64,000 nt of DNA, taken from the NCBI GenBank assembly GCA_017505525.1, contig JAFVPB010000002.1, positions 13,100-77,099 of the forward strand, in the 5' to 3' direction. Position 1 is the first letter of the stretch. Each line of letters starts with the position of its first letter. The notes beneath the pieces were generated by a model. That model was not told where the DNA came from and ran no database searches. It worked only from the letters and a program-made list of their open reading frames with translations. The DNA comes from Clostridia bacterium. GTDB lineage: Bacteria > Bacillota > Clostridia > UMGS1883. Made by a program: the position numbers and the translations under genes. This document shows, in pieces, positions 40,495 through 50,405 of this stretch.

Positions 40495-41907
40495 TTATAT
40501 TCTTACTGTTTTAATTTCAAGTGAATCGGGATACATCATACGTTCAAGCCCATTAAATTTCAACGTAAGATTGTCTTCATTAAATTCGCATTCAATTTTC
40601 ACAAGATGAGGATTATCAAGCTGCCTTAATGTAAGCTCAAGCTTTTCTCCACAAGTATAATATCCTGCAAATTCGCTTTTTTCGGGGCTATGCTTTATCG
40701 AAAACGAAACTATTGTGGGAGTGAAATGGCGAAGCTTAACATTATTATAAACGTACTCTCCGCAGCCGAATACCATTCTCTGCTGCTCTTTGCCGTTACT
40801 TATATTAAGCACAAGGTTTTTATCTTCCTTTTCAAAGTAAAGCTGAGTAATTCCAAGTCCGTTTTCACCGCAGTTGTAGATGCCATCGGGAATATTTTCA
40901 ATCTCTTTTGTTTTTTCGGGAGCATAGAGCGAATTTATGCGTTCAGCAAGCTCTTTTTCGCTGATTTTTGATTCACCTGTTATATTCCTTGCAAGCTCTA
41001 CCGCCGCAGTAAGCTCAGGCTGCATAGTCTCTGTTTCTGCCGTAATTGCAATAACGGCATTCGTTTCGGGAAGCACCACGCAAAGCTGACCGCATGCACC
41101 ATCGCCGCGGAAGCCCTCGTCGCCGTTTATCCATATCTGATAGCCGTAGCCGCTGCTCCAGTCAATCGGTCCGTTGTCGTGATTATCGCTGTGTGAAACG
41201 GTAGCTTCTGCAATCCACTTTTCAGAAAGAATTCTCTTTCCATTATAAACGCCCTTATTAAGATACATAATGCCAAACTTTGCTATATCGTCAACGTTTA
41301 AATGAAGCCCTATTCCACCCTGGCTTATGCCGTGATAATCGTCCCATATAACGTTTTTTATATCAAGCGGTTTGAAAAGCCTTTCAGTAAGGAAATCGAG
41401 CATCGACATATTTGTGTATTTCGTTACAATTGCCGAAAGAATAAACGATGCGGCACTATTGTATGCAAAATGAGTACCCGGCTCTTTCGGTACGTCCTGC
41501 GCTAAAAATTCTTTAACTAAATCATCACTTTTAACAATAGTTGGAAGCTGACATACCTCGTGCCCTGTGTTCATCGATAAAAGATGCTTTATTTTCATCT
41601 TAGAAAGATTTTCGCTTATTTTTTCAGGACATTTATCTTTAAAAATATCAACCACTCTGTCGTCCACAGTGATAATTCCATCATCACAAAGCATACCAAC
41701 TGCAGTTGATGTGAAGCTTTTGCTTAAGGAATAAAGCTGATGCTTTATTTTTGTAGTATATGGTGCCGGAACTGCCTTAAAATAAAGCTCTCCGTTGCGT
41801 ATAATTTTAATGGAATGTATATCGGCTTTAAACGCCTTGCATTCTTCAAAAAATTTTGCTATGGCATCGAGGCACGCGTCCTCTTTAAAATAAAATTCTC
41901 CGTTCAT
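40495..41907 (-). CDS. beta-lactamase-family serine hydrolase (class C / PBP4*-like) with C-terminal extra domain
   Basis: 470 aa. SxxK motif YSLSKSFTSTAVG, YxN-like YNSAAS, and a ~120-aa C-terminal extension. Confidence 0.7.
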   Translation of the reverse strand: MNGEFYFKEDACLDAIAKFFEECKAFKADIHSIKIIRNGELYFKAVPAPYTTKIKHQLYSLSKSFTSTAVGMLCDDGIITVDDRVVDIFKDKCPEKISENLSKMKIKHLLSMNTGHEVCQLPTIVKSDDLVKEFLAQDVPKEPGTHFAYNSAASFILSAIVTKYTNMSMLDFLTERLFKPLDIKNVIWDDYHGISQGGIGLHLNVDDIAKFGIMYLNKGVYNGKRILSEKWIAEATVSHSDNHDNGPIDWSSGYGYQIWINGDEGFRGDGACGQLCVVLPETNAVIAITAETETMQPELTAAVELARNITGESKISEKELAERINSLYAPEKTKEIENIPDGIYNCGENGLGITQLYFEKEDKNLVLNISNGKEQQRMVFGCGEYVYNNVKLRHFTPTIVSFSIKHSPEKSEFAGYYTCGEKLELTLRQLDNPHLVKIECEFNEDNLTLKFNGLERMMYPDSLEIKTVRI

Positions 41908-41925
41908 TGTTTTCTCCTTGGCTAT

Positions 41926-42879
41926 TTAAATTACATCATTTGTGCTTTCTCCGCGAATAAATGCTTTTATATTATCCGCCACCATTTCAACGCACCTTCT
42001 CCTTGCCTGAACAGAAGACCAGGCTATGTGCGGTGTATATAAAATCTTTTCATTGTTTTTTACGTTCATAAGCGGGCTGCCTATTGGCGGTTCGTTTTCA
42101 TAAACATCAATTGCCGCACCGCCTATATCTCCATTATCAATCGCGCGGGCAAGTGCTTCTTCATCAGTCAGCGCGCCTCTGCCCACGTTAATTATAAAGG
42201 CAGTATCTTTCATTTTCTTAAGCTCATTTTCACCTATAATTTTATAGGTTTTTTCGTTAAGTGGTGCACACAGGCATATAATATCGCTTTCTGCCATAAG
42301 AGCATCAAAAGATATTTCTTCAAATTCCTCTTCTCGTTTAACTCCGCTTAAAGAAGCATAATTTACTTTAGCACCAAAAGCACTGGCAACAGATGCAATT
42401 CTTCTTCCTATAGCACCCATTCCAAGTATTCCGAATCTTTTTCCGCATAGTTCGTCAAACGGTTTTCCAAGGTGGTTTGCCGTCCCGCTTTCTTCATATT
42501 TTCCGCTTCTTACAAAGTCATCATAATAACGGATATTTTCCGTAAGCGAGAAAAGAAGCGCAAAGGCGTGCTGGCACACACTTTCCACACAGTATCCGGG
42601 CACATTTCTAACCTTTATTCCGTGGGTTTTACAGAATGCTGTGTCAACATTATTAAAGCCTATTGCAAAAAGGCAGATAAGCTTTAAATTATTTGCCTTT
42701 TTAAGCACCTCTTCGTTTAAAACAACCTTGTTTATACAAACAACATCGGCATCTTTAATGCGATCTGCAACCTCTTGGGGAGATGTGCCATCGTAAATTA
42801 CCGTTTCTCCTATATTTAATATGGGAGAGAAATCAATATCTTCTCCCATAGTTTTCGCATCAAGCAATACAATTTTCAT
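41926..42879 (-). CDS. D-isomer-specific 2-hydroxyacid dehydrogenase (glycerate dehydrogenase/hydroxypyruvate reductase-like)
   Basis: 317 aa. NAD-binding GILGMGAIGRRIA. Catalytic R/E/H region (FIINVGRG...HIAW). Confidence 0.8.
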   Translation of the reverse strand: MKIVLLDAKTMGEDIDFSPILNIGETVIYDGTSPQEVADRIKDADVVCINKVVLNEEVLKKANNLKLICLFAIGFNNVDTAFCKTHGIKVRNVPGYCVESVCQHAFALLFSLTENIRYYDDFVRSGKYEESGTANHLGKPFDELCGKRFGILGMGAIGRRIASVASAFGAKVNYASLSGVKREEEFEEISFDALMAESDIICLCAPLNEKTYKIIGENELKKMKDTAFIINVGRGALTDEEALARAIDNGDIGGAAIDVYENEPPIGSPLMNVKNNEKILYTPHIAWSSVQARRRCVEMVADNIKAFIRGESTNDVI

Positions 42880-43755
42880 TTAATTATCCTCAAGCTTTTT
42901 AAGTTCTTTCAAATCGACATCACTATCGTTTTGGTTTTTCGATGCATTCTTGATAATTTTAATATCCTTTGCGGAAAATTCCTTTATCTGTGCTTCTGTA
43001 TCAGAATCAAGCTTCACTTTTACAATTCCAGAAACAAGCGTTACCGATTGAACCACACCATTACCCTCAGGCGTGGAAACAATTGCTCCTGCAGAGGGCA
43101 TAATCTTCGAAAATTCTTCATAGCAATTCTGCTCGTATTTTAAGCAGCACATAAGCCTTCCGCAAACACCCGAAATTTTTGATGGATTAAGGCTTAAGCC
43201 CTGCTCCTTTGCCATTTTAATTGAAACAGAATGGAAACCATCAAGGAAAGAAGAGCAGCAAAGTCCTCTTCCGCATATTCCAATTCCGCCAAGAATTTTA
43301 GCCTCGTCGCGGATGCCGATTTGCCTTAATTCAATACGTGTTCTGAACACTGCGGCAAGGTCTTTTACAAGCTCGCGGAAGTCAACTCTTCCATCGGCTG
43401 TGAAATAGAAAAGGATTTTATTTGCATCAAAAGTGTATTCCACGTCCACAAGCTTCATATCAAGCTTATGCTTTAAAATCTTCTCTTCACAGATAGCAAA
43501 TGCTTCTTTTTCTTTTTCACGGTTTTTCTCAAGCTGCTTTAAATCCTCTTTTGTGGCAATTCGCACAATTTCCTTAAGAGGAGATACAACCTCGTCTTCC
43601 GTTATTTCCTTTAATGTGATAAAAACTGTTCCAAGTTCAAGTCCGCGTGCAGTTTCAACTATAACATTTTCTCCCATTGGCGGATTAAATTCGCCAGGGG
43701 CAAAATAATACGATTTTCCTGTTTCTTTAAATTTAACTCCTACTACTTTTACCAT
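42880..43755 (-). CDS. ricT: PSP1-domain protein RicT/YaaT (stage 0 sporulation protein)
   Basis: 291 aa. MVKVVGVKFKETGKSYYF. Conserved Cys cluster (GICGRGLCCSSFL...CGRLMCCLKYE). Position just after holB, as in Bacillus. Confidence 0.85.
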   Translation of the reverse strand: MVKVVGVKFKETGKSYYFAPGEFNPPMGENVIVETARGLELGTVFITLKEITEDEVVSPLKEIVRIATKEDLKQLEKNREKEKEAFAICEEKILKHKLDMKLVDVEYTFDANKILFYFTADGRVDFRELVKDLAAVFRTRIELRQIGIRDEAKILGGIGICGRGLCCSSFLDGFHSVSIKMAKEQGLSLNPSKISGVCGRLMCCLKYEQNCYEEFSKIMPSAGAIVSTPEGNGVVQSVTLVSGIVKVKLDSDTEAQIKEFSAKDIKIIKNASKNQNDSDVDLKELKKLEDN

Positions 43756-44731
43756 GGATATCCTCCCAACAATTAATCAGCATATTAACAATCCAAAGCT
43801 CGTACTTCATCGAAGAATTAAGCTGTGCTTTAACCTTAGCTGCATTTTCTATAACGTTTACAACAGATCCCAACGTTACCTTTGATGAAAACTTTTCTAT
43901 ATATGGCGCCATGTCGGTGTTTATTATTTCGGATTTATTTTTAATAGCTACAACATCGCGCATAAAGCTTAAAAACAAGTCGAAATACATATCACAGTTT
44001 TCCATTGCTGATTTTTTATTCTTTATATCAAACTCATCTGCTAATTCGAAAATCGAAAGTCTGCCTTCTGTTAATTTTGCAGTTTTTTCAATAATATTTT
44101 TTCTTTTTACAAAAAACTCTTCATCTTCGCAAATATCAATGGCTCTTCCAATCACTCCGCCACTGTATCTTGCGATAAACCGAAGTTCTTCGCCTTCTTT
44201 CTGATACTTTTTAGAAACAAATCTTTCTATATCTTCCTCCATAAACGGCTCGAACGTAATAAGTGTACCACGAGAACGTATTGTTGAAAGAAGATTTTCT
44301 CTGTTTTGCGAAAGAAGAATTATAATGCCATACTCAGGTGGCTCTTCAAATGATTTTAACAGAGCATTCTGAGCATCATTATTCATATTATCGGCATTTT
44401 CTATTATAAATATCTTCTTTTTAGAAAGTGCCGGTCTTATAAAAAGCTCGTCTGTCAGGGCGCGGATATCATCAACCTTTATGGAAGGAGAATCTTCCCC
44501 TATCACGATTAAATCGCTGTGGGTTGAAGCAAGGTGTTTTTTACACGATGGGCAATTAAAGCAAGGCTTATTTTCCCCTTCGCAATGGATTGCCGCGGCA
44601 AACATTTTTGCCGCCGTCATTTTGCCAATTCCCTTTGCTCCCTCAAAGATATAAGAATGTTTCTCCTTTTTTTCGCGTGCCGCCCCCAAAAGAGTTCTAA
44701 GCGCCTTTTGCTTAGTCAGAAAGTATTCCAT
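43733..44731 (-). CDS. holB: DNA polymerase III subunit delta'
   Basis: 332 aa. HSYIFEGAKGIGKMTAA Walker-like motif and Zn module CFNCPSCKK. Confidence 0.85.
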   Translation of the reverse strand: MEYFLTKQKALRTLLGAAREKKEKHSYIFEGAKGIGKMTAAKMFAAAIHCEGENKPCFNCPSCKKHLASTHSDLIVIGEDSPSIKVDDIRALTDELFIRPALSKKKIFIIENADNMNNDAQNALLKSFEEPPEYGIIILLSQNRENLLSTIRSRGTLITFEPFMEEDIERFVSKKYQKEGEELRFIARYSGGVIGRAIDICEDEEFFVKRKNIIEKTAKLTEGRLSIFELADEFDIKNKKSAMENCDMYFDLFLSFMRDVVAIKNKSEIINTDMAPYIEKFSSKVTLGSVVNVIENAAKVKAQLNSSMKYELWIVNMLINCWEDIHGKSSRS

Positions 44732-46739
44732 TTTTCTTTCCTACTTCAATCAATTTTTTTACAATCTTCAAAAGAATTGCATTTCCAATAAGTGCAATCA
44801 ATCCTATAGAAATTCCTATTAAGGCTCCGTTTACAACTCTCATATAAATTGTTGTTGTATCAGTAAACACATGACAGAAACTGTTTATACAAGAAGCAAA
44901 AAGAATTGACGAGCCAATAAGAAATGCGCTCTTTAATAAATTATAAGGTGTGTTTTTCAAATAGTATATAAAGAGCATAAGGCATGGCCAGCCAACAAGA
45001 AATTCCTTTGTGCGCGGGCGAGCCTCCATAATATTTGTTATCGTGTTTCTCATAAGAGCCTCAAGAGTGGAAATACTTGAAACGTTTCCGCTGCGTCTTA
45101 CATAGGTCATAAAAACAAACCCTGCTACCGCTGCAACTATAATCCACCATACTTTTATCTCAGCCTTAATGAATTTTACTATTTTTTTAACAAGTCCGTC
45201 CTTATTTGTATAAAGTACAAAAGCACACACAACGCTGTATATAATTGGAAGCATAAGCGAGAGCTTTATTCCCCTGAAAATAAGCGTGTTTATATAATAA
45301 TCAAGGCCCGATAATAAAGCTGACTGAACTATTCCGCATAATCCAACCGATATAAGTGTGATTGCTATCACACTTATAAAAAGCCATATGTTTTTAAGCT
45401 TTTCCCTTAAAAGTTCAGCACTCATTAATGCCATTGTTATACAAAAACATGGTGCCGTTACTGCAAAGAGTGAGGGGTAAAGTTCCACAAGTCCTCCCGG
45501 AAGCATCATTGTTACAATAACTGCAGGAATTATCATAACATATGCTGCTACGGCAAGCTTTTCACACGGTTTTCTATATAGAAACTCTACCATTGTAAGC
45601 CACATAAGAATTATTATAACAAGTGAAAGGGCCGCTGCCTTTTTTCCTGCCAGATTGTAATTTTCAAATTGTGTATTGTAACTTTCTGTATTATATCCAA
45701 ATGATGTTAATTTATCTTTAAGCATTCCCGTAGCTTCAATGCTCATATATGCTTTGTCTTCATCAGTGCCTTCCTGATTATATATTGAGTTTATAACAAC
45801 AAGCCTTGCATTTCTGTCGATAACGGAATTGAGCATTTTGAAATAACGCGACTGTACCGGCTTTTTGTCATCAAAAAGGTCCCCTCCCGTTTCGTAGCTT
45901 CTGAGGATTTTACCGTTTGCACTTTTTATATAATCGTTATATCCAAAAGGCTTCTGATTTGAAAGCTGATCTGAATTTTCTGTAACAACAAGATTGAGAT
46001 TATTATTCTCTATCAGTTTGCACAAGCCTTCTACAGTTTTTTTGCTTTTTTTAACAAGCGGCGAGCCGTTTTTCTTTATATTTAAAAACTCTATATCATA
46101 TTTCTTTATAAGCTCGTCTAATTTATTAATATAGCCGACATTTTTATTATCTGTTGCCATCATGGCAAGCACAATGTGATGGCCTTTTTCCTTTGCCTTG
46201 GCTATCACCTTTTCGTTGAAGCCTATGGGAGTGTGGCCAAAAGAATATATCTGATCATACAGTACATACACAAGTGAATCCTGGGATGTTGTAATAGTTG
46301 TATATTCTTTCTTTAAATATTTTTGGGGAATCCATTCGTTAAAAAATTCTTTCATTTCATCATTCTTTAAAATGATTATGGTACTTTTTAAAGTAACATT
46401 TTTGTCTTCTTCAAGAATTTTTGTTATCTCACGGCTTTCCTCATCAATAAGTCTTTTAACTTCACTGAATAAAAGCACTGTGATTTCAGATCTGCTGGCA
46501 AGACTGTTTAAGCTTTCTTCCCCCACATAAACAGTTGTAACACCATCATCTTTGCATGTTTCTAATAATTTGTCCAGTTTTTTCTCGCTTAAGGAGCTTG
46601 CAAACTGACTATAATTAAGTGCCAATACCACATCTTTATTTTTGTTCTCATTTTGAATTCTTGTTATGAATGAAGGCACCAAGAGTGCTGTTATCACAAC
46701 AATAACTAACAGTCTTACAAATAATCTTTTTAAATTCAT
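44712..46739 (-). CDS. hypothetical polytopic membrane protein (N-terminal TM, ~330-aa extracytoplasmic domain, 8 or more C-terminal TM)
   Basis: 675 aa. No recognisable catalytic motif. Co-oriented and adjacent to a MOP-family flippase. Confidence 0.5.
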   Translation of the reverse strand: MNLKRLFVRLLVIVVITALLVPSFITRIQNENKNKDVVLALNYSQFASSLSEKKLDKLLETCKDDGVTTVYVGEESLNSLASRSEITVLLFSEVKRLIDEESREITKILEEDKNVTLKSTIIILKNDEMKEFFNEWIPQKYLKKEYTTITTSQDSLVYVLYDQIYSFGHTPIGFNEKVIAKAKEKGHHIVLAMMATDNKNVGYINKLDELIKKYDIEFLNIKKNGSPLVKKSKKTVEGLCKLIENNNLNLVVTENSDQLSNQKPFGYNDYIKSANGKILRSYETGGDLFDDKKPVQSRYFKMLNSVIDRNARLVVINSIYNQEGTDEDKAYMSIEATGMLKDKLTSFGYNTESYNTQFENYNLAGKKAAALSLVIIILMWLTMVEFLYRKPCEKLAVAAYVMIIPAVIVTMMLPGGLVELYPSLFAVTAPCFCITMALMSAELLREKLKNIWLFISVIAITLISVGLCGIVQSALLSGLDYYINTLIFRGIKLSLMLPIIYSVVCAFVLYTNKDGLVKKIVKFIKAEIKVWWIIVAAVAGFVFMTYVRRSGNVSSISTLEALMRNTITNIMEARPRTKEFLVGWPCLMLFIYYLKNTPYNLLKSAFLIGSSILFASCINSFCHVFTDTTTIYMRVVNGALIGISIGLIALIGNAILLKIVKKLIEVGKKNGILSD

Positions 46740-46757
46740 CTTTTGCCACTCCTTTGT

Positions 46758-48233
46758 TTATCTCTTAATAAGCTTCTTCAATGTTCCGCTTACATAAAGC
46801 AGGCCTATATATACTACCCCGCAAAGACCAAGCGGGATAATAAACATAATTTTGTCGCTTGTCATATTTCTCATAAAGCACAGACATATAAAATATACCG
46901 CTATTGCCCCAAGCGCGGAAACAAGTATTTTTAAAAGGTTAACTAAAAGCTCTCCTTTAAAATATTTGCCCACAACGCGCGAAAGACCATACAAAATTGC
47001 CAATCCGTAAAGGATAAAGAGCACCGTGGTAGATAAACTTACAAATACTGCACCGAAATCGGCAAGGAAGAAATTAATTATAAACTTTGCCGCCACAACT
47101 AAAATTGTGCCGATAACCGTGTAGTTGTACTTTGAATCAAGATATAAAACCTTGTTTAATAATTCCTGACAAATATAGCCGAGAGCTCCAAGCGTATATA
47201 CCGCAAAAAGGATTGCCGTACTTGTTGTGAGCTCGCTTGTAAATTCTCCTCTTTCGTAAAGAAGCGAGATAATGTTTTTTCCAAAACAGCAAACCGTCAT
47301 AATAAAAGGCACAAAGATTGCCGCCATAACCGTTATTATATACTTTATCAGGTCTCGCACATAGTCAATATTTCCCTCTTCATAGTTTTTGCTTATTGAG
47401 GGAAACACAACATTACTCATTGCCACAACAAAAACGCTTGAAATCGTTACAAAAAGGTTTGAAGCGTAGTTTATAGTGGTTGCCGCACCGCTCTCACCGC
47501 TTACAAATGCTTTGTCTATCATAAAGCAAATCTGAAACATCATATTCGATATGAATATATATAATATTTCGGTGTTATTTCCTTTAAGGCTTTGGTTTTT
47601 CTTATAGTGCTTAACTAAAGAATATCCCTTTTTATAAAATGATGGAAGCTGAATTGCAATATGCAGAAACCATCCGATGGTAGTTACAATTCCCACCGTT
47701 ACAATATCAACATTTTTCACAAACAATGATGCTATAATCACTACGTTGAACGGAAGGCTCATCACTGAGGAGATGAAAAACACGCGGTTATTCTGCAGCA
47801 CTCCCGAAATTATATATGCAACCACAACGAATAAAAACGACGGAAGCATTATATACATGATTTTTACAGCAAGAGGAATAAGTTCTTCTTCAAGCCCCGG
47901 AAGCAAAAACATAGCTATTGGCTTGCTGAAAACATACATCAGCGCCGTAACTCCGATTATAACAAGCGAGGTTTTTACTATAAATCCTGAAACATAGGCA
48001 CGCTTTTTCTCTTCCGTATCATTTTCTGCTTTGTTCAGATTTTTGATAACAAGCGTTGACAGAGCAACGCCTATTCCTGTAAAGATAAGATTTACAAGAC
48101 CAAATACCTGAAAGTATATATCTGTATGTGAAGTGGCACCGAAAACCGATGCAAAAACTATATCACGAAGAAAGCCAAGCCCCTTGGCTAAAAGTATTCC
48201 AAGCACCACCAACACGTATGCTGCGCCGTTCAT
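46758..48233 (-). CDS. MOP-superfamily flippase (MurJ/Wzx/SpoVB-like polysaccharide or lipid-II transporter)
   Basis: 491 aa with about 14 TM helices. N-terminus (MNGAAYVLVVLGILLAKGLGFLRDIVFASVFGA) resembles MurJ/SpoVB. Confidence 0.65.
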   Translation of the reverse strand: MNGAAYVLVVLGILLAKGLGFLRDIVFASVFGATSHTDIYFQVFGLVNLIFTGIGVALSTLVIKNLNKAENDTEEKKRAYVSGFIVKTSLVIIGVTALMYVFSKPIAMFLLPGLEEELIPLAVKIMYIMLPSFLFVVVAYIISGVLQNNRVFFISSVMSLPFNVVIIASLFVKNVDIVTVGIVTTIGWFLHIAIQLPSFYKKGYSLVKHYKKNQSLKGNNTEILYIFISNMMFQICFMIDKAFVSGESGAATTINYASNLFVTISSVFVVAMSNVVFPSISKNYEEGNIDYVRDLIKYIITVMAAIFVPFIMTVCCFGKNIISLLYERGEFTSELTTSTAILFAVYTLGALGYICQELLNKVLYLDSKYNYTVIGTILVVAAKFIINFFLADFGAVFVSLSTTVLFILYGLAILYGLSRVVGKYFKGELLVNLLKILVSALGAIAVYFICLCFMRNMTSDKIMFIIPLGLCGVVYIGLLYVSGTLKKLIKR

Positions 48234-48335
48234 TTTACCTCTCCTTTTTACACACTATCTCTAATATATAATAATATACTATTTTATGTGCCTAAGTCAA
48301 CGATTTTAGCTAATTTTTTTAGAATATAAAAAAGG

Positions 48336-48372
48336 TGTGTGTGATGAATTACCACACACACCTTTTCAATAT
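48336..48372. terminator. bidirectional terminator (GGTGTGTGTG-loop-CACACACACC)
   Basis: 10-bp inverted repeat with flanking A/T runs. Confidence 0.7.
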
Positions 48373-48407
48373 TAAATTATGTAGTCTGTGCATTTTATCA
48401 AGCCGAT

Positions 48408-49289
48408 TTAAAAGCAAGGGTTTTGCTGCTTTCTTTTGTAATCGCTTGGAGCTTTGCCCTTTAATTTTTTAAAGGTCTTACTAAAGTGAGCTGCACTGTT
48501 AAACCCGCATAAAAGGGCAACCTCTGTAACGTTAAAATCATCTTTTTGCTCTATTAAATAGCTTGCGGCAAGCTCTACTCTTGTATTCATAATATATTCC
48601 CAAACAGTCATCCCTGTTGCATTTTTAAACGCGATAGAATAGTTGGTTTTACCCATATTGGCAATCTGCGATAACTCTTCAAGAGTAATTTTCGATGCAA
48701 TATTTTCGTTTATGTATAAAAGAGTTCTCTCTACACTTTTATAATGAGCGCTCTTCTTAATTCCGCTACTATCAGCATTGCTCAGATAATACTGCATGCT
48801 CAGAGAAAGTATAAGCGTAAGATACGATTTGATAACGAAGTTGCTTCCCGAATTTTTGTTTTCAAATTCGTTCTCCACCATATACATGGCTTCAATTATT
48901 TTCTTGCCGTTAAGATGCACACCATTTATTTTATCAGTGTTTTTCCCGAGCATCACAATAAATTTTTCAAGCTCTTCCTTGTTGAAAATCTTATAGCCGC
49001 CGTCAATCAGATCGCTTAAATTGAATTTCATCACGAAAATTTGCATTTCTTCTTTGCTTTTCAGAGTAAAAGAGTGCCCTTTTGGGATAACAAACGAATC
49101 TCCCTCTGTGCAGTCATGGGTTTCTCTCCCAAGATTGTATTCTCCGTTTCCGTTTATTATGGACACAAAGCGCATAGTGCTGTCGCTGTCTATAAAAGAA
49201 TCTTTCACATTTTCTCTGTAAAAGGTAAGGGTTATTTTATTTTTTTCATCGGAATACAGAGTATATACCACTTTATTCATTATCATCAT
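48408..49289 (-). CDS. AraC-family transcriptional regulator (cupin sensor + HTH)
   Basis: C-terminal AraC HTH (TLEELSQIANMGKTNYSIAFKNATGMTVWEYIMNTRVELAASYL...). Start assigned to the ATG cluster ATGATGATAATG that overlaps the stop of the upstream oxidoreductase. The track ORF begins at 49346 without an RBS. Confidence 0.8.
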   Translation of the reverse strand: MMIMNKVVYTLYSDEKNKITLTFYRENVKDSFIDSDSTMRFVSIINGNGEYNLGRETHDCTEGDSFVIPKGHSFTLKSKEEMQIFVMKFNLSDLIDGGYKIFNKEELEKFIVMLGKNTDKINGVHLNGKKIIEAMYMVENEFENKNSGSNFVIKSYLTLILSLSMQYYLSNADSSGIKKSAHYKSVERTLLYINENIASKITLEELSQIANMGKTNYSIAFKNATGMTVWEYIMNTRVELAASYLIEQKDDFNVTEVALLCGFNSAAHFSKTFKKLKGKAPSDYKRKQQNPCF

Positions 49290-50394
49290 CCCACGGATAT
49301 CTGATTTTAAGAACTTCTCCGCCCTTTTTTGCCGACATTTCGGCATAAATACCGGGAATTGTCATTCTGAGCCCCTCCTTAAGGGAAATAGGAGCTTCGT
49401 CTCCGTTTAAAATTGCCTTAAAGAAATGATCTAAAAGGGCAAAATCCATTCCGCCATGACCCTCTGCCCTTTCGTTGTCTGCATATTCGGGAGGCATATA
49501 TTCTCCGCCAATTTCCTTAAGGGCATTATCGTCTTCCTTTGTGTAGTTATATCTTATAACGGGCTTATCAAAGCGGTCAATTCTTTCCATATAACCCTCG
49601 GTACCAAACACGCGGTAGTTATGATGGCCGATATTTGCGCGGCATCTTCCTGCACGCTGAAGACGTACCACAACGCCGCTTTCCGTCTGGAACTGGGCGC
49701 AGCTCATATCGTCTTTCTTTGCAAAATATTCTTCATCTGCGTGCATTCCCGTAGCAAAGCAGCTTACATAGCGAAGGTCTTCCTCAACAACAGTGAGAAG
49801 CGGCCCGAGTGAATGTGTGCAGTAACGAATCGGGGAAAGAAGCCTTCTCCAATCACCGTTTTCGTTAAGATGAACTTCTTCATCGCTTTTTGGCATGCTC
49901 CAGTGTATGTATTCAGCCTCCATACAATAGGGTTTTCCAAGAAGCCCTTTTTTATATGCCTCTTTAAGAAGAACAGTGAACTTCTGCTCGTTGGGATTTG
50001 CACCCACAGAAATCATTGCCTTTGATTTTTTAGCGGCTTCCCAAAGCATATCTGCCTCTTCCATATTTGCTACAACGGGGATATCCGTCATTACATTGAT
50101 GTTTTTAGCAAGTGCTTTCGCGCAAAATTCTGCGTGAATATCTGCTCCTGTTTCAACTATCACAACATCAAGATTTGCCTTTTCAAGCATCTCGTCGTAA
50201 TCGGTGTAAAATTCTGTATCGGGGAAAGTTACCGCCATTGCTTCATCTACAAGCCACTGTTTTTCATACCAGTTTGAAGGAATTATGTCGCATGCCGCTG
50301 CAGGTACAACAAAATCAAAACCTTTAGCAGCCAAGCTAAACATAGCTCTTCCTCTGTGACCTGCTCCAACTAATCCAACTCTTATTTTATCCAT
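49273..50394 (-). CDS. Gfo/Idh/MocA-family NAD(P)-dependent oxidoreductase
   Basis: ATG at 50394 with GAGGAG 7 nt upstream. N-terminal Rossmann MDKIRVGLVGAGHRGRAM. Confidence 0.8.
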   Translation of the reverse strand: MDKIRVGLVGAGHRGRAMFSLAAKGFDFVVPAAACDIIPSNWYEKQWLVDEAMAVTFPDTEFYTDYDEMLEKANLDVVIVETGADIHAEFCAKALAKNINVMTDIPVVANMEEADMLWEAAKKSKAMISVGANPNEQKFTVLLKEAYKKGLLGKPYCMEAEYIHWSMPKSDEEVHLNENGDWRRLLSPIRYCTHSLGPLLTVVEEDLRYVSCFATGMHADEEYFAKKDDMSCAQFQTESGVVVRLQRAGRCRANIGHHNYRVFGTEGYMERIDRFDKPVIRYNYTKEDDNALKEIGGEYMPPEYADNERAEGHGGMDFALLDHFFKAILNGDEAPISLKEGLRMTIPGIYAEMSAKKGGEVLKIRYPWDDDNE

Positions 50395-50405
50395 AACAAT
50401 TCTCC

